Shown in pieces: positions 57,501 through 64,000 of a DNA stretch of 64,000 nt (position 1 is its first letter; each line of letters opens with the position of its first letter). The stretch covers positions 142,413 to 206,412 of the forward strand of contig BLSG01000337.1 in the NCBI GenBank assembly GCA_012862495.1, given 5' to 3'. Source of the stretch: Thraustochytrium aureum. Its lineage: Eukaryota. Under the pieces are notes generated by a model that made no database searches, was not told the DNA's origin, and was given only the letters and a program-made list of their open reading frames with translations. The position numbers and the translations under genes were made by a program.

Positions 57501-60500
57501 AAACGAGCTTCTGCGATCGCCGACGCGACGAGGTCGCCAGAACCGACGGCAGATGGCCATCGCGTAGAACTTGGAGCCAAGGGGCAGTCTCAAGACTCCT
57601 CATCGGAGAATCGCCCGAGCGCCGCGCGCGATTCAAGTGCTTCGGCGCCCGGCGCCCAGATTGCAGAGCGTGCAGCGAGCGGCGGCGCAAGAGCTTCGCG
57701 AAATAGCAAGGCAGACCAACCCCCGCAGGTTGTTTCAAGCGGATCTTCGCCAGTTTCCGATGGCCTCGCCGACAGCGAGAGCGGGTCGTCCGGCTCTGAA
57801 CATAGCGGAGACGACAGCGAAGATGACGGCTGCAGCGACGAAAACATCTCGCTATCAAGCGCTAGCTCGGACGATGAACCTGAAGCGCGCGCCTCCGAAT
57901 TCCTTCTCTCATCTGCGCACGTGTGGACAGGATCAAGCGAGCGGGACCACCTCAACCTCGGGCTCGCATCCGCTTCCGGGCTCGAGCTTCTGCTAGATGT
58001 CGTCCAAGTTCGATTCAGGAACTCGTCAGAGCCCGAGTCAAAGTGGGTCAGGATTCGCCCAGCTGGGCCCGTCCAGCAACCTGTGAGCGTTTTCGCGGTC
58101 ACGCAGCCCGCTGGCGCGTTTGAGGTGAATCCGTCGATTCTCAATTTTGGTCCAGACACGAACTTCGTTGAGGTGGAGGTTACCTTTAACCCGATGCTGT
58201 TCGCCGTCGACTCCACAGAAGTGGTTGGGGAAATGCTCCTTCGCACATTCGCCGGAGACGAGCTGGTCTCCTGCGAACTTGTGGGCTTTCGTGGCCCCGT
58301 TGTCGTAATCGAGGACGGCCTCGACTCAAACATGCGGCATCTATGGGCGGAGCCTGGCGAACGAGCCTCGGCCGATATCACTGTCACCAACCTGACCAAG
58401 TCCGAGCTCAAACTGCAGCTCTCAATAACGCCTTCGCTAGGTTCTGGAGGTGGCCCCGGGAGCCGCAGTAGCGACGACGACCAGGACCACTGCGACGCGT
58501 TTGTCCTGCAGCAGACCAGTCTCCGTTTGTTTGGAAGCCAAAGTGGAGCCATCCGCGTTCATTTCGCTCCTGGCGACGACGCCGGCACCAGAAAGGCAGA
58601 CGTGGTGATTCGCTCAGACACGGGCGAAAGTCACCGCGTTCAGCTCGTGGCGCACAGCGGGACCCCCATCATCGTGCGAACGCTCAAACGAACGGAGAAG
58701 CCCGCACAGGCAGAACGCAGGCGAAGCATGAAGCGTCCAAGCGTTGGGGGCGGCTCGGCTGTCCCAGCAAATGCTTCAGGTCACACTGCGCGCGAGTCAA
58801 ACGCGGCTGCGAGGCGAAGCAGCGTGCTGTCGTCCCTGAATATGCAGCGGAGGCCAACGTTTTCGGGACTGCAGCAGCTCCAGGGAAAGCCCACTGCGGC
58901 ACCAAGCGAAATCGAGCCCCAAATGTCCGCACTTTCAGAAACCACCGAGCATAGCCCCCGAAACAGACTCGCGAGCCGCTCAAAGTGGAGCGCGGCGCGC
59001 CATCTCATCGGGTCAATTAGGCACTTGAGCGCTGCAGCTGGCAAGAATCAAGGCTCGCAGCACATGTACGACGATGAGACTGCGCGAGGCGCAAGTGATG
59101 ACGTGTGTCTCCAGCAACTGTTCTCTATGGCCACGCGCAACATGGTGTCCAAGAAGCACATCCCAGCACCCGACCCAAGCCTCCACACGGAGAATGATGG
59201 ATCTCCCGTTGGGCAACTCAGCATGGTTGGCCAGAGGCCTGTAAAGCTCATGGCCGCAGGCCGTGCCGCGGACCTTGTCCTCGACTTTGGGCTTGTCAAT
59301 CCGGGTGAGAAGGTTCAGCAACACTTTGCCGTGGAAAACTTGCTCGGCGCAGACCTGATTGTTGGATTCAAGTGCGTGAACCGCGACCTGTTTCGCCTGC
59401 CCACTTACATCGTCGCCAAAGGCGCGGAGGCCACAGTCGTGGAGGTTTCTGTCTCTGGCCAAGCCGGCTGGTCTGGGCCCGTCGAGGGCTCTATTGTCGT
59501 GTATTCGCCCGCCATTCAACGGCAGCAGGTGATTGGGCTAGTTGGGTACCTCGGAAGGGCTCTCGAGATTCCCACTGCACCGCGAGTGCATTTCGGTGTC
59601 TGCGCGCTCGGCCAAACTCGGCGCCTTCGAGTTCCAATTGTGAACCACAGCCAGTACCCGCTCAAATTTGTTCTGCTGCCATTCCAGGAGGGCAGCGGGT
59701 TCTCCTCCTCTGTTGGTTCGGACGTCACCCAACCAACAGGGATTCCGGCGTTCGGGACAGTCACGGTTGAGCTGGCCTTTCGCGGCGCTCCCTACCGTGG
59801 AGTTTACCGTGCCCCTCTCGGCATACAGGTTGTCAACCAGTCGCCACCCCTTACATACACTGCAGCTGGCACCGTGGACTCGTTGAGCTCGTGGGAATCG
59901 TGGTGCACCCCCTTGAGCAAGCGGATGCCCAGGCGGCGGAGAGCCTGGGATCCGGTGAACTCGCGCGCTTTGACCCAAACCAGCCCAAATCCTCTCCGGC
60001 ATTGGCTGCGGGGAACGAGCAGCTTTCCGGGGCTCGCTGGGCAGACGGCAGCGATGATTCCCAGCTCCTCGAAAACCGAGGTTTCCGAGGACGACTCCAG
60101 GCGCAGGCGTCTGGAAGCTCGTCTCATGGACCGTGCTCTAGAGGAGCCGCCACAGGACGCAAGCACACTTCTCGAGGGACCACTCCAGGTGCAAGCCACT
60201 CAAGCTGTGGCCAAAAATTGCAGGAATGTCTTTGGCGTGGAGACGGTACTGCGACGTGACGAAAAGGGTTTGCTGCAAGAGCTGCCCTTTGTGATCCGCA
60301 ACGAGGCAATCGAGCCGACAGGGGAAATTTTGTTGCTCGCTTCGGAAGGGCTTTTAGTTCGCAGTCCCGCATTTGCCTCGTCGCCGCTGGCCTCGCAGAG
60401 TCTCGAGCTACAACGTCTCGTGTCGTATTCCCAGGCAGAGGCGTGGGTCGGGCCGGATCCTGGGACGGCAAAGGAAGCATGCGCAATACGCTTTGGGTTC

Positions 60501-63500
60501 GTTTGCGCGCTGCGACTCGATAAGGAGGATGACTCCGAGAACCGCAAGGGCGACGGCAGAATCAACCAGCCGCTCGTTGGCGCGACATCGCTGCCTTTGG
60601 TCGTGCTTGGGGCGCAGCGGTACCAAGTGCAGCCCAAGGCAGCGACCAAACCTGCGCTCGACTTTCCCCGCTGCACAGTTGGCGAGTCGGCAGAGCTGCG
60701 CCTGTACATGCGCAGCATGTGCAGCACCCGCACACGCTGGACGCTGCGCTTTACCCAGACCGACTCGTACGGGTATGAGCCGTTCCAGATTGCTGAAAAT
60801 GTTGGGCATGGTGAGCTAGAGCCTTTTGCCGCCGCTGTCGTGACGATCACCTTCACACCGCAAACGCAGAGCGTTTATCGTGACTTGCTCAAGCTCGAAG
60901 TGTTCGAGATGGACGGAGCGCAAGGCGACTCGCATCAACCCTCGGAGAAGCAACTTGGCGCATCGATCCCTTCGGGAACTCCGGCCAAAGAAGAAAATGC
61001 CCGCCGGCGGTCCTCAAGCTCGAGCGAACGCGATGCCCAAAACTCCACCACAACCCGGAGTCCTCTCAACGACAGCGGCGGAACTGCAGTGCCAGATCCT
61101 GTGTTCGAGTGCGTGATTCCCGNNNNNNNNNNNNNNNNNNNNNNNNNNNNNNNNNNNNNNNNNNNNNNNNNNNNNNNNNNNNNNNNNNNNNNNNNNNNNN
61201 NNNNNNNNNNNNNNNNNNNNNNNNNNNNNNNNNNNNNNNNNNNNNNNNNNNNNNNNNNNNNNNNNNNNNNNNNNNNNNNNNNNNNNNNNNNNNNNNNNNN
61301 NNNNNNNAAACGCTTGTCGATGGTCTTCCAGAGGCAAAGGAGGTGCTCGAGTTCGGCAACGTCGCTGTTGGCAGTCGGAGCGTCCGCACCTTGGAGATCT
61401 GCAACGATGGGACGGTTGAGGAAGAAGCCGTCTTCTTCCCGAGCGAGCCGTTCCGCTGCGATCCAACTTGCGTGAAAATCCCGCCAGGCCAGCGCGCAGA
61501 GGTTGTCATAACTTGCGAGCCAAAGCAGCGAGGCGCAGTCTCCGGTAGGCTCGACGTGCTTTTGAACGGTGTCGCATTTTCCAGTCGTTTGCGAGCGTGC
61601 GCGGGCACCTTCAAGCCTGTGGCCTCCTGCAAGAGCGGTGTGACAGACTTTGGCACCAAACCGACCGGAAAGACATACTCAACGCACCTGTTCATAACCA
61701 ACACTGGGACTCTTCCGATTCGTCTGCGCAACCTCGAGTTCGCCAAGACAGACGAGCCTCTAAGCGAAGCTGACAGAGGGCTTGTTCGCATCGACTTTTT
61801 GGGTGTGGTGGGGCAGCCAAACTTGCGCCTCACGCAGGCAGTCGACGAGACACCTGCACCTTGGGTCGTGCTTCGAGAGCGCCTTGGCGAGGCTGCGAAG
61901 TTGGCGAGAAAATCGATTGCCAACATGTCCCTGCGGCTCGACAGCAAGAGCACCTTTAGCCGCGGGCAAGAAGCGCGGCTCTCGCAAATGCGCTCGCGCA
62001 AGTCGTTTGCGATGAGCAACACGCTGAAACGCAAGCCCTCGTCTTCGAAAAGCGAGAGTACCAAGTCGAAGCCGCGCGGCTCACGACTCAACATGTCGTT
62101 GACGATGCAGAAGCGCAGCAGCCGCAACCTCGGCGGGTTGGCCAGAGGAAGCCTGCTCGAGGACGCTCCGAGTGACCTTGGAGCGGCGCCCGTCGCCGTG
62201 CGCATGCGCGTCTCGCTCCCTCCCCAGCCGGGCCACTACAGCGACTCCGACCGAGGACGGACAGCGCCTTGGGACCGAAGCGTGCGCAGTCCCCGATTCC
62301 GCCAGGTAGAGCGGAAGACGGGGCCGTTGTTGGCAATGCAAGTGTCGCTCACCGCAGCGGGTCCAGCTTTAACTTTGGCGGGGAAACGCGCGTGCGACGC
62401 GCCGTTCAAATAAAGGCTCCGCGCGACCTAGACGCCCTGGAGCCCGGACTTTCCTGGCAGTTTCACGTCGGCCTGACCTGCGCACGAACGGTTCCGACAG
62501 AGGTTGCCGTGGACTTTGTTTGCGGGGTTTGGCAGCCGGACACGATTCGCCTGGAGGAGCGGCTCGGCGACCTTGAGCACTTTTGTACGCCGGTTCGCTT
62601 GCCGCTGGCACTGCATGTGCGCGGCGTGAGGCTTTTGCGAGTGTGGCCTCTGACGCTCAACTTTGGGTCCATTCCTGCCGTCAGCCTTCTCAAGGGCGAG
62701 AAGAAATCTGCTCAAGCAGACGGGGCACTGGTAAATCGGGTTGCCGGCGTCGCATCAGCCGACGTTCCTGTGGGCAAAGTCCAGTACGTTCTTGTCAGCA
62801 ACACGTCGATCTCGGAGCAGCGTCTTGAATTCGTTCGCTCCACCTCAAAGTGCTTTGAGGTGATCGACAAGAGCATCGTTCTTCGTCCAGGTGAGCAGTC
62901 CCAGATTAGGATCCACTTCATGCCGCAGTTCGCTCGGACAGAGTACTCGGCCAGGGTCGAGTTTCGAGACAGCTTTCAGGTGATCCAGGTCCAAGTACGC
63001 GGCCAGGGAGCCTGTGCGGAGGTCAAAAGCGCGCGAGAGTGCGTGCGGTTTCCGGCCGTCAAAACGGGCTCGAGCGCCTCGCGCTCAATCGAAATCGTCA
63101 ATGTCGGGGAGCTCAGTGCACGCTATGAAGTAACATTGCAGTCCGAGTGGTTTCGGTGTCGTGATCAGAGCATTATGTCGGGCACCCTTGCACCGATGGA
63201 AGAGCAGGTTTTCCCGATCCAATTCGAAGCCTTCAGCGAGAGGGCCGAGGACCTGGCCTCCATGAGCGAAATACGGGGCTCGCTGCAAGTTGATTGGGAA
63301 GTCGTTCCCGGCGGTGTTACACGGGTTTCGACTGTCGAGCTTTTTGCCCAAGTCGGCCGGGCCAAGCTGGAGGCCGTCGGCAAGACGGCCGTAGACTTTG
63401 GCCTCTGCACGCTCAATTTCCCCAGCTCGCAAACCTGCACCATCACGAATGTCGGCAACGCCGAGTGCAACTGGCGTGTATCGGATTCGGGCAACAGCTG

Positions 63501-64000
63501 GCTTCGCGTGGAGCCCGAACAGGGTACTCTCGCGGAAGGCGAATCGGCCGACCTCGTCTTGACAATTTGCATGAGCATATGCGAACCCGTCGATGCGAAT
63601 GTGTGTATCGAGTCTGACGGCGGCTCGATCGTGCTTGACCTCACAGGGGACGTGGCTGCGCCAGAGCTCCTGGTTCCAGACGACCTCACACTCGACTTTG
63701 GCGTCATTCTGGAAACGGAGCACGCCAAACGCGTAGTGCGCGTCACAAACACTGGAAGGACGCCGCTTGACTACGAGCTAGCACTGTTTCACCACAACAC
63801 GACGATCACAGGCCGCAGGAAAAGAATTGCTGACAAAATCCTCGACGCATGGAGCCACCCTTCAACGAGTGAGACTGCGGCGGTGACTGGCAAGGCCAGC
63901 GGGACGACAGCGGGGAAGGGCTCCAAAGCGCGCAGGACTGAGGCGCTTATCCGCGGCAAGCTTGTCAAGGACAAGTTGGCTGAACAGCGCAGCCGCGCGC
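54552..64000 (+). CDS. Giant protein (>3000 aa) with helical N-terminus and multiple ASH/PapD-like domains (HYDIN/CFAP65/CFAP47-like); gap 61123-61307; indels near 59870-59990 and 62200-62410; runs off window
   Basis: Repeated LDFG.V...N.....F modules (LDFGLV, VHFGVC, LDFPRC, LEFGNV, TDFGTK, LNFGSI, VDFGLC, LDFGVI). The frame from about 62400 is open to 64000 and is not in the supplied ORF track. Confidence 0.8.

Overview
GC-rich, intron-poor, gene-dense eukaryotic scaffold, probably from a flagellated protist. A stramenopile or labyrinthulomycete-like organism is my inference, not something the sequence proves. It has many N-gaps and about 17 or more single-base indels, mostly in short homopolymer runs, that split conserved genes. 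Genes in order: CYP450 (+), membrane protein fragment (+), VTC2/GDPGP1-type GDP-hexose phosphorylase (-), second CYP450 (-), DPH7, ASPM, GH47 mannosidase, single-headed axonemal dynein heavy chain, V-ATPase subunit C, MIC10, DHHC palmitoyltransferase, SnoaL/NTF2-like protein, DCAF4-like WD40 protein, two putative mitochondrial proteins, sphingosine kinase-like protein, DHODH, ABHD4/5-CLD1-like hydrolase, EML-like WD40 protein, DRC5/TCTE1, and a giant ASH/PapD-repeat protein running off the window. The two best leads are: (1) a possible P450 plus GDP-sugar phosphorylase fusion or mini-cluster hidden by a 163-N gap; and (2) a symmetric bidirectional-promoter-like element (8 x 10-bp CCGATT array between two TTTAAA boxes) whose left side faces a ~410-nt unannotated region with nested inverted repeats, a candidate structured ncRNA.
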